Assembly (NCBI GenBank): GCA_963813025.1
Contig: CAWEXO010000004.1
Span: 32,001-96,000, forward strand
DNA from: an uncultured Verrucomicrobiae bacterium
Lineage (GTDB): Bacteria; Verrucomicrobiota; Verrucomicrobiia; Chthoniobacterales; JAFAMB01
Length of the DNA: 64,000 nt
Direction of reading: 5' to 3'
The first letter of the stretch is position 1; each line of letters opens with the position of its first letter. The notes under the pieces were generated by a model, which was given only the letters and a program-made list of their open reading frames with translations, did no database searches and was not told where the DNA came from. A program made the translations under genes and the position numbers. Positions 50,832 through 61,934 of the stretch are shown piece after piece.

Positions 50832-52649
50832 TTATCGCGCCGCGGTTTCGTCCACCACCAGATGCCCCATGATATACTCGCGTCGTTGGGGTGTGTTCTT
50901 GCCCATATAAAACTGGAGCAGCGGTTGAATCGCGTGGCCATCGTCAACCGTCACCCGCGTCAGACGCATGTCCGGTCCGACGAAATGTTTGAATTCGCCG
51001 GGCGAAATCTCGCCCAGGCCTTTGAAGCGCGTAACCTCCGGATTCCGCAGACCTTCCATGGCGCGGTTCCGCTCATCCTCCGAGTAGCAGTAGACAGTGG
51101 TTTTCTTGTCGCGCACACGAAAGAGTGGTGTCTCGAGAATATAAACGTATCCGGCGGTCACGAATCCAGGAAAGAAACGAAGAAAACAAGTGATTAAAAG
51201 GTTGCGGATGTGCAAGCCGTCGACATCAGCGTCCGTCGCGATGATTACCTTTCCGTAGCGCAGCTTTTGCACATCCTCCTCGACATTTAGCGTGCGCATC
51301 AAGTTGAAGATCTCATCGTTCTTGTAAACAATGGTCCGGTTGAGATCCCAGACATTGAGCGGTTTTCCTTTTAACGTGAAAACCGCCTGGACGTTCGGGT
51401 CCCGGCAACTCGTGATTGAGCCCGCCGCCGATTGACCTTCGGTAATGAAAATCATGGACTCAGCTCCAGTTCCTTTGGCGAGATTGAGATGGAGCTTGCA
51501 GTCCTTGAGCTGCGGGATCCGCAACGAGATCGCGGCGGTACGTTCCCGCGCCAGCTTGCGGACATCCTGGAGTTCCTTGCGCAGCCGTTGGGTCTCTTGA
51601 ATTTTCGTCACCAGCCTCTCGGCGGCATCCCGATTGCGATGGAGCAGACCGGCCACGGCTTCGCGCACACGATTCACCAGTCCCGAACGAATCTCCGTGT
51701 TGCCCAGCTTATTTTTTGTCTGTGACTCGAACACGGGCTCCCTGAGCCGGATCGCAATTGCCCCGACCAGACCCTCGCGAACATCGTCGCCTTCGAACTT
51801 TGCTTTGGCATGATCATTCACCGCCTTCAAAACGCCTTCTCGAAAAGCGCTGAGATGGGATCCGCCATCCGGAGTGTATTGACCGTTTACGAATGAGTAA
51901 TTGTCTTCTGCCAGGCGGTTGGTGTGGCTGAAAGCGATTTCCAGCGTCTTCTCCCGATGATGAAGGATGGGATAAATCGGTTCCTCGCCCATCTCGTCGA
52001 CCAGCAAATCTTTGAGCCCCTCGTCGGAGCTGTAGACCACGTCATTGAACCGGATCTTCAGTCCGGCATTCAGATAGGTGTAAAGACGCAGTCTTCGAAC
52101 CAGGTGTTCTTGCCGAAAATCAAAATCCCCAAAAATGCTGGGATCCGGCTCAAACTCGATTTCTGTGCCGTTGGGCGCGGCTTGCCGGCCTGTTTTCCGA
52201 GACTTGAGTTCTCCCCGTTGAAATTCCGCCCGGAAAAAGTCGCGCTCGCGAAAGCTGGTCACCACGAAGCGGTTGGAGAGCGCGTTCACGGCCTTGGTAC
52301 CCACGCCGTTCAAGCCTACGCTGAACTGGAAAACGTCATCGTTGTACTTCGCACCGGTGTTGATGCGGGACACACATTCGATCACCTTGCCGAGAGGAAT
52401 GCCCCGGCCGTAATCGCGGACTCTGACCCGGCTTCCTGTGACGCTGACCTCGATTTCGCGGCCATAGCCCATGATGAATTCGTCAACCGCATTATCGATG
52501 ATCTCCTTGACCAGCACATAGATTCCGTCGTCGTAATGCGCGCCGTCTCCAATTCGGCCGATGTACATTCCGGTGCGCAACCGGATGTGTTCCAGGGAAG
52601 AGAGCGTCTTGATCTTGCTCTCGTCATAGTCGTGCTTGCGGGCGGGCAT
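50832..52649 (-). CDS. parE: DNA topoisomerase IV subunit B
   Basis: EIIDNAVDE, DYGRGIP, GLNGVG, TEGQSA, TDADVDG and RFKGLGE motifs. Confidence 0.92.
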   Translation of the reverse strand: MPARKHDYDESKIKTLSSLEHIRLRTGMYIGRIGDGAHYDDGIYVLVKEIIDNAVDEFIMGYGREIEVSVTGSRVRVRDYGRGIPLGKVIECVSRINTGAKYNDDVFQFSVGLNGVGTKAVNALSNRFVVTSFRERDFFRAEFQRGELKSRKTGRQAAPNGTEIEFEPDPSIFGDFDFRQEHLVRRLRLYTYLNAGLKIRFNDVVYSSDEGLKDLLVDEMGEEPIYPILHHREKTLEIAFSHTNRLAEDNYSFVNGQYTPDGGSHLSAFREGVLKAVNDHAKAKFEGDDVREGLVGAIAIRLREPVFESQTKNKLGNTEIRSGLVNRVREAVAGLLHRNRDAAERLVTKIQETQRLRKELQDVRKLARERTAAISLRIPQLKDCKLHLNLAKGTGAESMIFITEGQSAAGSITSCRDPNVQAVFTLKGKPLNVWDLNRTIVYKNDEIFNLMRTLNVEEDVQKLRYGKVIIATDADVDGLHIRNLLITCFLRFFPGFVTAGYVYILETPLFRVRDKKTTVYCYSEDERNRAMEGLRNPEVTRFKGLGEISPGEFKHFVGPDMRLTRVTVDDGHAIQPLLQFYMGKNTPQRREYIMGHLVVDETAAR

Positions 52650-52962
52650 AAGGACGATCGGTAAGATCAGTGAACGTCAACAGACGTCAATAAGGCAAGG
52701 GTCGGCTGCGTTTTCTCGCGACTCGGCCGAAGAAGGTTCTGCAAGAAACGAGTTGTTTGCCAAGCCCGCGCCGAAAGGTGCAAGCTCATAGAGATGCCGG
52801 AACTGCCGGATATCATCTCCTATATAACAGCGTTGGAATCGCGTATAGTCGGTCAGCGACTCGTTCGAGTTCGAGTTGCGAGTACTTTCCTCCTTCGATA
52901 ACCTGCACGGTTTCTCTTCATCATGATTTTCAGAACGCCCTCTTGAACTCAACCTTAGGGAG

Positions 52963-53112
52963 TCTGGATCCACACCTGGCAAGCTGATCACCCGCTGGAA
53001 CGCACCATAGGAGCGTTCAGTCCGATAATGACCATTGTGTTCGCTCTAGTGCTCTTCCTTCTTTTCGCCTTTGATCGTCAAGGTTTCGCCTGAGACTCGC
53101 TCGATCCCGCCG
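52963..53112 (-). pseudogene. Hsp20/alpha-crystallin fragment with in-frame stop
   Basis: ETLTIKGEKKEEH*SEHNGHYRTERSYGAFQRVISLP. Confidence 0.8.
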
Positions 53113-53117
53113 AGAGG

Positions 53118-53396
53118 CTAGTGCACCGTCTCTCATATAATGGCGTCATCGTTGCGTTCAAAATGGGCCGCCGGCAAGGCACGAGGAGGGCGCATCTCTA
53201 AATCGATACGTAACCGACGAGCAACGCAGCCGCCGGCCCATTTTCAACGCAACCCTTTGGGCCGCGGCCAGTTGGCTGTTTTTCAGCGTTGCTCGCTCGA
53301 CCCGTATGATTCAGATATGGGCGCTTCGCTCGCGCCTTGAAAAACAGCCAACTGACCTGCGGCGATGGCATCATTATATGAGAGACGGTGCACTAG
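53118..53396. mobile_element. MITE of ~275 bp, IS630/Tc1-mariner-like ends
   Basis: Perfect 25-bp IR CTAGTGCACCGTCTCTCATATAATG including CTAG at both ends (consistent with TA duplication); no transposase. Confidence 0.85.
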
Positions 53397-54550
53397 ACCT
53401 TCCGTTGGATCAACGCAGTCAGTTCCTCGATCTGCTCAGAGGTATGGTCGGCCGTCATCGTCAAGCGGAGGCGGGCGGAACCCCTGCCAACCGTTGGATA
53501 CCGAATAGCCGGGGCGAGGAAGCCGGCGTCTTTGAGCCGGCGTGCGGCTTCCAGAGCCCTCTCGTCGGAGCCGAGAATGATGGGTACAATATGTTGTGGG
53601 CGACGGGGGCGAGATGCTTCCGGCAAGCGGCGGAATAGTTGTTCGGTGTTTGTCTGCAATTTTCGACGAAGCTGGTCACCTGTGTCTGACTGCAGCAGCT
53701 GGAGCGAGGTCAACGCTGCCGCCGCGACGGCAGGTGGGGGAGCAGTCGAAAAGATAAAACTCCTGGCTCGATTGATCAGGACCTGGATCAGAGAGCGGCG
53801 GCCCACGACAAATCCGCCGCTGACACCCAACGCCTTACTGAGGGTACCTAGATGGACATCAACCGCATCGGTCAGTCCAGTCGCGGCCGACAAACCTCGT
53901 CCGCCGGGTCCGACAACGCCGGTGGCGTGGGCTTCATCGAGTAAAAGGCGCGCACCGACCCGGCTTTTCAAGCGAACAATCTCGGCGAGATCGGGAATGT
54001 CGCCGTCCATGCTGAAGACCGACTCAGTGACCACAAGCACGCGAGCACGGGGCTGCTTTCGTTCGGCCCACTCGAGCAGAGCGGCCAAGCGGTCCAAATT
54101 ATTATGCGGATAGATCCGGAGAAGGGCGCCGGAAAGCTTGGCGGCGTCAACCAGGCAAGCATGGGCCAGTTTGTCCAGAACGACGATATCACCGCGCCCG
54201 ACCAGGGCCGTAATCACGCCGAGCGCCGTGGCAAAACCGCTGCTGAAAACCAGGGCGGCCTCAGTGCCTTTGTAGCCAGCCAGCGTCTCCTCCAGCGCGC
54301 GGTGCGGCGCCAGCGAGCCAGTCACCAACCGGGACGCTCCGGCGCCCACACCAAATCGATCGATCGCGGCTTTGGCACTTTGAACAATCGCGGGATGTTG
54401 CGACAGACCGAGATAATCGTTCGAAGCGAAATTTACGAAATGCCGACCGCCTCGCGTCAGAATGCATCCGTGCGCTTCGTCGCTTGTCTCGAGCTGGCGG
54501 AGGAGAGACTGCCGCTCGAGCTCACTTACGATCGATTCGTACTCATCCAT
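53393..54550 (-). CDS. bioF: 8-amino-7-oxononanoate synthase
   Basis: FASNDYLGL, GAGASRLV, ESVFSMDGD, DEAH and GTLSKA motifs. Confidence 0.92.
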   Translation of the reverse strand: MDEYESIVSELERQSLLRQLETSDEAHGCILTRGGRHFVNFASNDYLGLSQHPAIVQSAKAAIDRFGVGAGASRLVTGSLAPHRALEETLAGYKGTEAALVFSSGFATALGVITALVGRGDIVVLDKLAHACLVDAAKLSGALLRIYPHNNLDRLAALLEWAERKQPRARVLVVTESVFSMDGDIPDLAEIVRLKSRVGARLLLDEAHATGVVGPGGRGLSAATGLTDAVDVHLGTLSKALGVSGGFVVGRRSLIQVLINRARSFIFSTAPPPAVAAAALTSLQLLQSDTGDQLRRKLQTNTEQLFRRLPEASRPRRPQHIVPIILGSDERALEAARRLKDAGFLAPAIRYPTVGRGSARLRLTMTADHTSEQIEELTALIQRKV

Positions 54551-54716
54551 AGCCTGCATGGCGGGCGGATTTCTAAATGCCACAAATCAACAAATGCCAT
54601 AAATGATGAGGTCGTGCTTCGGGACTGCCCGGAGGTCCGACGGCACAGTCCCTTATTTATGGCATTTGTGGCATTTTTTGATTTGGGCATTTAGAAATCC
54701 GCCCGCAATGCAGGCT
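54551..54716. repeat. Second family C palindromic element with extended IR
   Basis: AGCCTGCATGGCGGGCGGATTTCTAAATGCC...GGCATTTAGAAATCCGCCCGCAATGCAGGCT. Confidence 0.85.
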
Positions 54717-54734
54717 GTCGCTTCGGTTTGCGTG

Positions 54735-55433
54735 TTAATTCGGATGGCTCAGCGCCTTCTCCAGTTCCGGGTCGGGCACAGCTCCCAAGCGCAAAGCCCG
54801 ATAGTAATGACGGCGGGCGAGTTCGATGGAAGGCGGGTGCTCTTCCAGGTAAAGAACGGCGAGGTTGTAATGCGCTTCCGCATAATTCTCGTCGAGCTCG
54901 ACGGCTTTGCGCAATTCGTCCTCAGCGGCGTCAAGCCAACCGCGCTTGCGCACGAGCACGCCGAGATAAAGGTGGGCCGGAGCGTTATGAGGATCGTGGT
55001 AGACTGCCTCACTGAGTGCGGCCAGGCCGGCGTCGAGATCATTTCTCTGATAATCGAGGATCCCCAAGGTGAGCCATGCTTGGGCGGCGGTAGGATCGAG
55101 TTGGACCGCTTTTTTCAGATGCTCTTCCGCTAGCTGCATCTGTCCGAGGCGAAACTCGGCCGAACCTAGATTGGCCCAACCCATCGGATGGGTCGGCGCA
55201 AGCTGCGTCATTTTCTCAAATTCCTTTTTGGCTTCGGCAAACTGTTCGCCGCGAAACAGGATCAAGCCGCGTTCCGCCGCTTGCTTAGCATCGGCGGTCA
55301 GCGTTGGCAGAGACGGTTGGTCGGCGGCAGAGACAACACGGGCGACTGTCAGAAGAAAAATGAGAGCAAGAGCAGAGAGGCGCGACAAGCTCCGCGCTAC
55401 AGGAGGCGGCGCTGGAGATTGGCATCGCCGCAT
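54735..55433 (-). CDS. Exported TPR protein
   Basis: Signal-like segment ending VVSA; about five TPRs (WANLG, AWLTLG, AHLYLG, AHYNLA). Confidence 0.85.
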   Translation of the reverse strand: MRRCQSPAPPPVARSLSRLSALALIFLLTVARVVSAADQPSLPTLTADAKQAAERGLILFRGEQFAEAKKEFEKMTQLAPTHPMGWANLGSAEFRLGQMQLAEEHLKKAVQLDPTAAQAWLTLGILDYQRNDLDAGLAALSEAVYHDPHNAPAHLYLGVLVRKRGWLDAAEDELRKAVELDENYAEAHYNLAVLYLEEHPPSIELARRHYYRALRLGAVPDPELEKALSHPN

Positions 55434-55435
55434 CT

Positions 55436-56236
55436 TCAACCCCTGCCGAGTTCCTGGGCGCGTTCGGTTGCCGCGCGGACCGCAGACATCACAGTATAGC
55501 GGAATCCCTTGGCTTCGAGCGTTTCCAGCGCGGCCATGGTTGTCCCGCCGGGGCTGGCAACCATCTCACGGAGTTCCGCCGGATGGAGATTGGTTTCCCG
55601 GATCATCTGACCGGAGCCGATGACAGTCTGGACGGCGAGGTCTAAGGCAATGTCACGGGGGAGGCCCATCGTGACACCACCATCGGCGAGCGCCTCAATG
55701 AAAGTAAAAACATATGCCGGCCCGCTCCCACTCAGTCCGGTCACGGCGTCCAAGCCGGCTTCCTTCACGCGATAAACAATACCAACGGCCGAAAATATCT
55801 GCTCCGTCACCTGAGCGTCCTGCGGCGTGGCATGGTCTCCCAGCGCGTAGGCTGTTGCCCCTTTTCGAATCAAGGAAGGAGTGTTCGGCATCGCGCGAAC
55901 GATGCGAGTTCGGTGTCCGGCCGCGTCCTGCAACCTCTCAAGATTGATTCCTGCCGCGAGAGAGATCAGCAGTTTACTATCGAAATACTGGCGCACCTCT
56001 CGCAAAGCGAAGAGGGCATCGGCTGGTTTGGTAGCGAGAATGACCGTGTCGGATTGTTCGACGAGCACCTTTGCCGAAGGGGCGGGGCGTACCCCGGCTT
56101 TCTGAATGGATTTCTCCAGATTGTCCGGGTGCCGGTTCACCACCAGAACTTGCTCTGGCTGGCAACAGTTTCCCTGAATCATGCCCTCAACCAGGGCAGA
56201 AGCCATTTTCCCAAATCCGAGAAATCCAAACGTCAT
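55436..56236 (-). CDS. proC: Pyrroline-5-carboxylate reductase
   Basis: GFGKMA, RAMPNTP, GLSGSGPAY and SPGGTT motifs. Confidence 0.96.
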   Translation of the reverse strand: MTFGFLGFGKMASALVEGMIQGNCCQPEQVLVVNRHPDNLEKSIQKAGVRPAPSAKVLVEQSDTVILATKPADALFALREVRQYFDSKLLISLAAGINLERLQDAAGHRTRIVRAMPNTPSLIRKGATAYALGDHATPQDAQVTEQIFSAVGIVYRVKEAGLDAVTGLSGSGPAYVFTFIEALADGGVTMGLPRDIALDLAVQTVIGSGQMIRETNLHPAELREMVASPGGTTMAALETLEAKGFRYTVMSAVRAATERAQELGRG

Positions 56237-56574
56237 CGCACTATGGTAGGGTTTGGCTCTTTCGCGATTAGGACAGGACACGGCGCGTGACGAAGCACTG
56301 CTTCCGGGTCCGAGCCATGAAGAATCCGGTCCAGAATTGTCTGGGTCCTGACCTGACGCCACTCGTTCCTTTCCTCCTCTTTGGCCTCCATATGGGAATG
56401 GTTCACTGGAGTTGCCTAAAAAGCGAGTTGAAGCTTGAGAGAAGGAGGCGACCGAGGAACGATGCAAGCGGGCAATCCCGGATTTCGCTAAATTTTTTGC
56501 TAATTGCGAGTATTTTCGAATGAAAGACTGGTGTATCCATCCGGGCGACCCCGGCGTCGTCGGCTAGAACTCTT

Positions 56575-57885
56575 ATGCATCAACAGGTCGCGTTACCGAA
56601 AACCGCGAGACGAAAGAAGCGGCCCTGGCGGCGGTGGACTGTTCTTGGGTTGACCTTGATCGCGGTCGGCGCCGGAGTGCTGATCAGCCGACAACAGAAC
56701 AAGTCCATTTTGGTGACCACGGAGCGTGCGGCAGTGCGGGACATTGCGCAGCTCGTCTCTGCTACCGGCAAAATCCGGCCGGAAGTGGAAGTGAAGATTT
56801 CTCCTGAAGTCGCCGGAGAAATCATCGAGCTCCCGGTGATCGATGGCCAGCATGTCCGTAAAGGAGATCTGCTGGTTAAGATCAAACCGGACAATTACAT
56901 CGCTCAAGTCAAACAAGCTCAGGCGGCTCTGAGCGCCGCGCAGGCCGATAGCCTGCAACGAAAGGCTCAGATGTTGAACGACGAGCTGGACAAGCATCGC
57001 AGTGAGGAGCTCTTCAGCAAGAAGCTGATCGCGGAGAGCGAGCTGAAAGGCGCGCAGACCAAGTCGGAGGTCTCCGAAGCTTCATACGAGTCTTCGCTGC
57101 ACCAGATCGATGTGGCCCGCAGCTCGCTCGATCAAGCCCAGGATTTGCTGAACAAATGTGTTATTTATTCGCCGGTCGACGGCACCATCAGCGCGCTGAA
57201 CAGCGAGCTGGGAGAACGGGTTGTTGCCACGGGGAGCTTTGCCGGCACCGAGGTCATGCGGGTGGCGAATCTCGATTCGATGGAGGCCCGGGTGGACGTC
57301 AACGAGAACGATGTGGTCAATGTCAAACTCAATGATCCGGTTCATGTCCTGATCGACTCCTACCCTGGCCGCGAACTGGCCGGGCGGGTGAAACAGATTG
57401 CCAGCACCGCGACGGTCAAGAACGAAGGCACACAGCAGGAAGTGACGAACTTTGAGGTGCGCATCCTGATTGTGAAGCCGGAGGTGCAGCTTCGCCCGGG
57501 AATGAGCGTAAGCGTCGATATCGAGACACAAAGGGTCCAGCAGGTCGTTTCCGTGCCGGTGCAGGCGGTCACCGTGCGGATGAAGGACACAGGAAAAACT
57601 GCTGAACAGGTGCAGGAAGAACGCCGAAAAGATCAAGGCGGCGTGGCATCGCCGGACGCCGACAAAGCCGACCGCAAAAAACAAGAGCGCGTGGTCTTTT
57701 TGAAACAAGGAAATATCGCTAAAATGGTGCCGGCGCGGACCGGTATTTCCGACGATTCCTATCTGCAGATTGTATCGGGCGTTTCTCCGGGAGACGAGCT
57801 GATCAGCGGTCCGTACAACGCTATCAGCAAAGATCTGAAAGACGGAGCGCAGATCCGGATCGAACCGCCGAAGAATGCGAAGTGA
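56575..57885 (+). CDS. Efflux periplasmic adaptor (MacA-like)
   Basis: N-terminal anchor, lipoyl half-motifs, coiled hairpin, LRPGMS. Confidence 0.92.
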   Translation: MHQQVALPKTARRKKRPWRRWTVLGLTLIAVGAGVLISRQQNKSILVTTERAAVRDIAQLVSATGKIRPEVEVKISPEVAGEIIELPVIDGQHVRKGDLLVKIKPDNYIAQVKQAQAALSAAQADSLQRKAQMLNDELDKHRSEELFSKKLIAESELKGAQTKSEVSEASYESSLHQIDVARSSLDQAQDLLNKCVIYSPVDGTISALNSELGERVVATGSFAGTEVMRVANLDSMEARVDVNENDVVNVKLNDPVHVLIDSYPGRELAGRVKQIASTATVKNEGTQQEVTNFEVRILIVKPEVQLRPGMSVSVDIETQRVQQVVSVPVQAVTVRMKDTGKTAEQVQEERRKDQGGVASPDADKADRKKQERVVFLKQGNIAKMVPARTGISDDSYLQIVSGVSPGDELISGPYNAISKDLKDGAQIRIEPPKNAK

Positions 57886-58624
57886 GTTGTCATCGCTGGA
57901 TTTACGGCAGGTTCGGCCAAAAGGTGCGGTGGTCATCCGAATCCAGGGGATCACTAAGGAGTACGCGATGGGAGACGCAATCATCCACGCGCTGCGGGGC
58001 ATCGATCTGATGATTCGACGAAACGAGTACCTGGCCATCATGGGTCCCTCCGGCAGCGGCAAATCAACTTTGATGAACATGCTGGGTTGCCTCGATACGC
58101 CGAGCAGCGGTCACTACGAGTTCAGTGGCAAAGACGTCGCGGTGATGGAGGACGATGAATTGGCCGAGATCCGGAATCGGGAGATCGGCTTTGTTTTTCA
58201 GACATTTAACCTTCTCCCGCGGTCGACCAGTTTGCAAAACGTCGAGTTGCCCTTGATCTACGCTGGGGTAGAACCGGAAAGCAGACGGGAACGGGCTGCG
58301 GCAGCCTTGGTTGAGGTCGGGCTATCGGACCGGTTGCATCACAAGCCGAACGAACTTTCCGGGGGCCAGCGGCAGAGAGTGGCCATTGCCCGTGCCTTGG
58401 TGACAAGACCTTCGATTATCCTGGCAGACGAACCGACCGGGAATCTGGATTCGCGAACAGGCGAGGAAATACTGGCTTTGTTCGAGAACCTCTACGAGCT
58501 GGGGAACACGATCGTCGTGGTAACTCACGAAGAGAACGTGGCGGAACATGCTCGGCGGATCGTGCGGCTCCGGGACGGTTTGATCGAAAGCGATTTGGAA
58601 TGCGACGCCTCTGGTTCGAGCTAG
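57875..58624 (+). CDS. ABC ATPase (MacB/LolD-type)
   Basis: [17 protein letters not shown] and ADEPTGNLD motifs. Confidence 0.94.
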   Translation: MRSELSSLDLRQVRPKGAVVIRIQGITKEYAMGDAIIHALRGIDLMIRRNEYLAIMGPSGSGKSTLMNMLGCLDTPSSGHYEFSGKDVAVMEDDELAEIRNREIGFVFQTFNLLPRSTSLQNVELPLIYAGVEPESRRERAAAALVEVGLSDRLHHKPNELSGGQRQRVAIARALVTRPSIILADEPTGNLDSRTGEEILALFENLYELGNTIVVVTHEENVAEHARRIVRLRDGLIESDLECDASGSS

Positions 58625-59853
58625 TCGAAAGCTGCCGGATTGCCGGACAACAGATCGACGCGAATCGTACCCGATCATTCCTGACGGCTCTCGGAGTGGT
58701 GATCGGAGTGATTGCGGTGACGCTGATGGGCACGGCCATCAAAGGGATCGATATCGGATTCGATCGCAGCATGTCGCTACTCGGTGATGACGTGCTTTAC
58801 GTCGAGCAATGGCCCTGGACACCCGTCGACGATTTTTCCACCTATCGAAACCGTCCCGATATCAGGCCGGTCATGGCGGACCGACTGAACCGGATTATTC
58901 AGGAAACCCCGAACTCTCATTTGGTTTTGGCCGTGGCCGCCCCTTCCACGATGCAGACCGTCACGTATGGCAAGCGGCAGGTCACTGAGGTTTACACGAT
59001 GGGCACAACCAGCGACTATTCCTTGATCGGATCGACCAACTGCAAGGAAGGTCGCTTTATCACTTCAGAAGAAAGCCGCGGCGGTTGGAATGTGTGCGTG
59101 GTTGGTCTGGATATCGCCCAATCTTTGTTCGGTCCGGAAGATCCTCTCGATAAAGTTCTGCGGATTGACGAACAGCAGTACCGCGTGGTCGGAGTTTTTG
59201 AGAGGCAGGGCTCTTTCCTTGGACTCTTTAGCTGGGACTCCCAGGTCGTGATTCCGCTGGCGTCCTACCTCAAATACTTCAAGGCCGGCGCGGAGAACGC
59301 CTCCATCCGAGTCAAAGTAAAAGACAAGGCACAGTTGGAACAGGCCAAAGAGGAGTTGCGTGGCACGTTCCGCCGCATCCGAGGATTGATGCCGGAACAA
59401 GCCGACAATTTTTCGATCAACGAGCAGCAGGCATTTCGTTCGACTCTGGGTCCGATCAAAGCCGGCTTGGCGGTGGCTGGGCTTTTCATTACCGGGCTGG
59501 CGCTGTTCGTCGGCGCGATCGGCATCATGAACGTCACGTTTGTAAGTGTCAAAGAGCGCACCCGCGAGATCGGAACCCGCAAAGCACTCGGCGCGCGGCG
59601 GCGGACGATCCTGCTGCAGTTCCTGGTGGAATCCGTATCGATCTGCCTGGTCGGCGGAGCGATTGGGCTGACTCTAGCCTACTCACTTTTTGCTTTGATC
59701 GCCTTCGCTGCTCCCACGTTTCCTATCCAGTTTTCGCCGGCGCTCGTGATTTTAGCGATCGCTACTTCTGTATTGACCGGAATCGTTTCTGGATTCGCAC
59801 CAGCTTGGCAAGCGGCACGATTAGATCCAGTAGAAGCGCTGCGCTATGAATGA
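58600..59853 (+). CDS. MacB/FtsX-type ABC permease
   Basis: [12 protein letters not shown]...[10 protein letters not shown] and [10 protein letters not shown] motifs. Confidence 0.93.
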   Translation: MRRLWFELVESCRIAGQQIDANRTRSFLTALGVVIGVIAVTLMGTAIKGIDIGFDRSMSLLGDDVLYVEQWPWTPVDDFSTYRNRPDIRPVMADRLNRIIQETPNSHLVLAVAAPSTMQTVTYGKRQVTEVYTMGTTSDYSLIGSTNCKEGRFITSEESRGGWNVCVVGLDIAQSLFGPEDPLDKVLRIDEQQYRVVGVFERQGSFLGLFSWDSQVVIPLASYLKYFKAGAENASIRVKVKDKAQLEQAKEELRGTFRRIRGLMPEQADNFSINEQQAFRSTLGPIKAGLAVAGLFITGLALFVGAIGIMNVTFVSVKERTREIGTRKALGARRRTILLQFLVESVSICLVGGAIGLTLAYSLFALIAFAAPTFPIQFSPALVILAIATSVLTGIVSGFAPAWQAARLDPVEALRYE

Positions 59854-59910
59854 GCAATTGCACTGGCACCAACACTGGCACAGGCACAGGCACTGGCACT
59901 AAGCAGACCC

Positions 59911-61137
59911 ATGTTAGTTTTTGAGATCATTCGGATGGCTTGGCAGTCGCTTGGGGCGAACAAACTGCGCTCCGCGTTGACGCTCTCGGGGATCAGCATC
60001 GGCATCTTCTCCGTCATCAGCGTCATGACCACCATTTCTGCTCTCCAATCTTCCATTGAAACGGGTTTAACCTTTCTCGGTTCGAACACCTTCCAATTTT
60101 CGAAGTACCCGAGCGGGTTCAACTTCAGCGACGATAAATTTAAGAATCGACCGAACATAAGCTATCGGACCTACCTCGAGTTTTCCCGTTTGATGGGTGA
60201 TACCGCGGAGCAGATTTGTCCAAAGATCTGGGATGTCGGTGTCCAAGCCGTTTATGAGAATCGGAAGACTAACCCGAATCTGGTGATCTGCGGAACCAAT
60301 CGGGCTTTTGTTACCGTAAACCAATTCGCGATCGGTGAAGGACGAAATCTGTCAGCCGAGGATGTGGCGCTCGCACGCAGTGTTTGTGTCATCGGTCAAC
60401 AAATCAAAGAGCGGTTATTCCCTCGCGGAGACGCGATCGGCCGAACGATTAAACTGGACGCAAAAACCTATGAGGTGGTCGGCCTTTTCGCTGAAAAAGG
60501 GGGCGCTTTCGGCCAAAATGATGACAACTTTGTGATCATTCCGATCACGAAATTCTTCGAGAACTACGGCAGCAAGGGGCGCAGCATCGGCCTGGCGGTC
60601 ACGGCGAAGAACCAGATGGTCTACGATCGCACGTTTGCCTTTGCCGTCGGGGCATTCCGCAATGTGCGCGACCTTAAGCCCGAGGATCCGAATGATTTCG
60701 AGATTTTCGCCAACGATTCCCTTGCCTCAGCGTTCCGGAGCATTGCGGCATCGGTTCGGGTGGGTGCGTTTGTGATCAGTACGATCGCTTTGATCGCGGC
60801 CGGTGTTGGTATTATGAACATCATGCTGGTCAGTGTGACTGAGAGGACCAGGGAGATCGGCGTGCGTAAGTCCTTAGGGGCGAGGAAGAAAGACATCCGG
60901 CTCCAGTTCTTGTTGGAGGCGCTCTTTCTTTGCCTGATCGGCGCAGTTTTCGGAATCGCCTCGGGCGTGGCGGTCGGAAACGGAGTCGCCGCCTGGCTCC
61001 GGGCCGGTCTGGTCTTCCCCTGGTTGTGGGCTCTTGCCGGGGTTCTGGTTTGCTCCTTCATCGGACTCGCCTTTGGTCTGTATCCAGCTCAAAAGGCGGC
61101 GTCGCTCGATCCAATCGAAGCGCTGCGATATGAGTGA
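59911..61137 (+). CDS. MacB/FtsX-type ABC permease (paralog)
   Basis: KLRSALT, GIMNIMLVSVTERTREIG and LDPIEALRYE motifs. Confidence 0.93.
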   Translation: MLVFEIIRMAWQSLGANKLRSALTLSGISIGIFSVISVMTTISALQSSIETGLTFLGSNTFQFSKYPSGFNFSDDKFKNRPNISYRTYLEFSRLMGDTAEQICPKIWDVGVQAVYENRKTNPNLVICGTNRAFVTVNQFAIGEGRNLSAEDVALARSVCVIGQQIKERLFPRGDAIGRTIKLDAKTYEVVGLFAEKGGAFGQNDDNFVIIPITKFFENYGSKGRSIGLAVTAKNQMVYDRTFAFAVGAFRNVRDLKPEDPNDFEIFANDSLASAFRSIAASVRVGAFVISTIALIAAGVGIMNIMLVSVTERTREIGVRKSLGARKKDIRLQFLLEALFLCLIGAVFGIASGVAVGNGVAAWLRAGLVFPWLWALAGVLVCSFIGLAFGLYPAQKAASLDPIEALRYE

Positions 61138-61381
61138 GTGTTAGTGTCAGTGCTAGTGCTCGTGCCAGCGCTGGCGCTTGACTGGCAATTCATCCGGCCG
61201 CTTGCGCCGTAACGCGGTCCAAATCGATGATGCTAATACCGACAATAAATTGCCGGCCTATTCTCCATCATCCCTCGGGACAGCAAGAAATCAGCGCAAC
61301 GTTGGCGAGCTAATGGACGCGTTGATGTATGCTACCTTTGCACTCACTAGCACTAGCACTGACACTAGCACTGCCACGGCC

Positions 61382-61906
61382 CTAAAGTCGTGCGAGCAAA
61401 TCGCGTCGGAAATCCGGCAACCGCCCGAATACTTCGAGCAAATGTTGAGCAGAGCTAGATCGATCTTCCGCTGCGACTCCCAGAATCCGGCAAAGCTCAA
61501 ACTCAAAGAAGGTCAGGCCGCGCAGGTCGAGCGAATGATTCCGGAGATACCGAAAGGAGCGGAGCAAGAGTTCATAAATCTCGGGCACCGGATGCTCGGG
61601 TTCGGTCACTTCTTCGACCAAAGCGGCAAAATAGGATGCAGCTAATGTTTTGACGTATTCGGTCCGGATCTCGTTGAAGGCCTCAAGCAGAGCCGCTTCC
61701 CGCAAAGTGTGCAAATCGGACCGACGCGCCCAAGCGACTGTCAAATCGCAATGAAAGAAAAGATCGAGTTTGCCCGCCAAAGGGCTGGCTGACCGGAGCG
61801 CGCCCTTGGCGATGGTCTTCAGCTTTCCATGTCGATCGCTGAACCAGGTCACGATAAGGCTTGTGTCAGAGAAACGGGTTCGGCGGAGAACGACCGCGCT
61901 GATCAT
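61382..61906 (-). CDS. recO: DNA repair protein RecO
   Basis: AVVLRR, SDTSLIV, GKLKTIAKGA and LDLF motifs. Confidence 0.9.
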   Translation of the reverse strand: MISAVVLRRTRFSDTSLIVTWFSDRHGKLKTIAKGALRSASPLAGKLDLFFHCDLTVAWARRSDLHTLREAALLEAFNEIRTEYVKTLAASYFAALVEEVTEPEHPVPEIYELLLRSFRYLRNHSLDLRGLTFFEFELCRILGVAAEDRSSSAQHLLEVFGRLPDFRRDLLARL

Positions 61907-61934
61907 GTTTCCGTTGCGATCCTCGCGGCCGCGG

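Noticed and set aside
61178..61645. 155-aa plus-strand ORF with a TSTSTDTST tract
   Set aside because: It is made of the hexamer repeat plus recO antisense sequence
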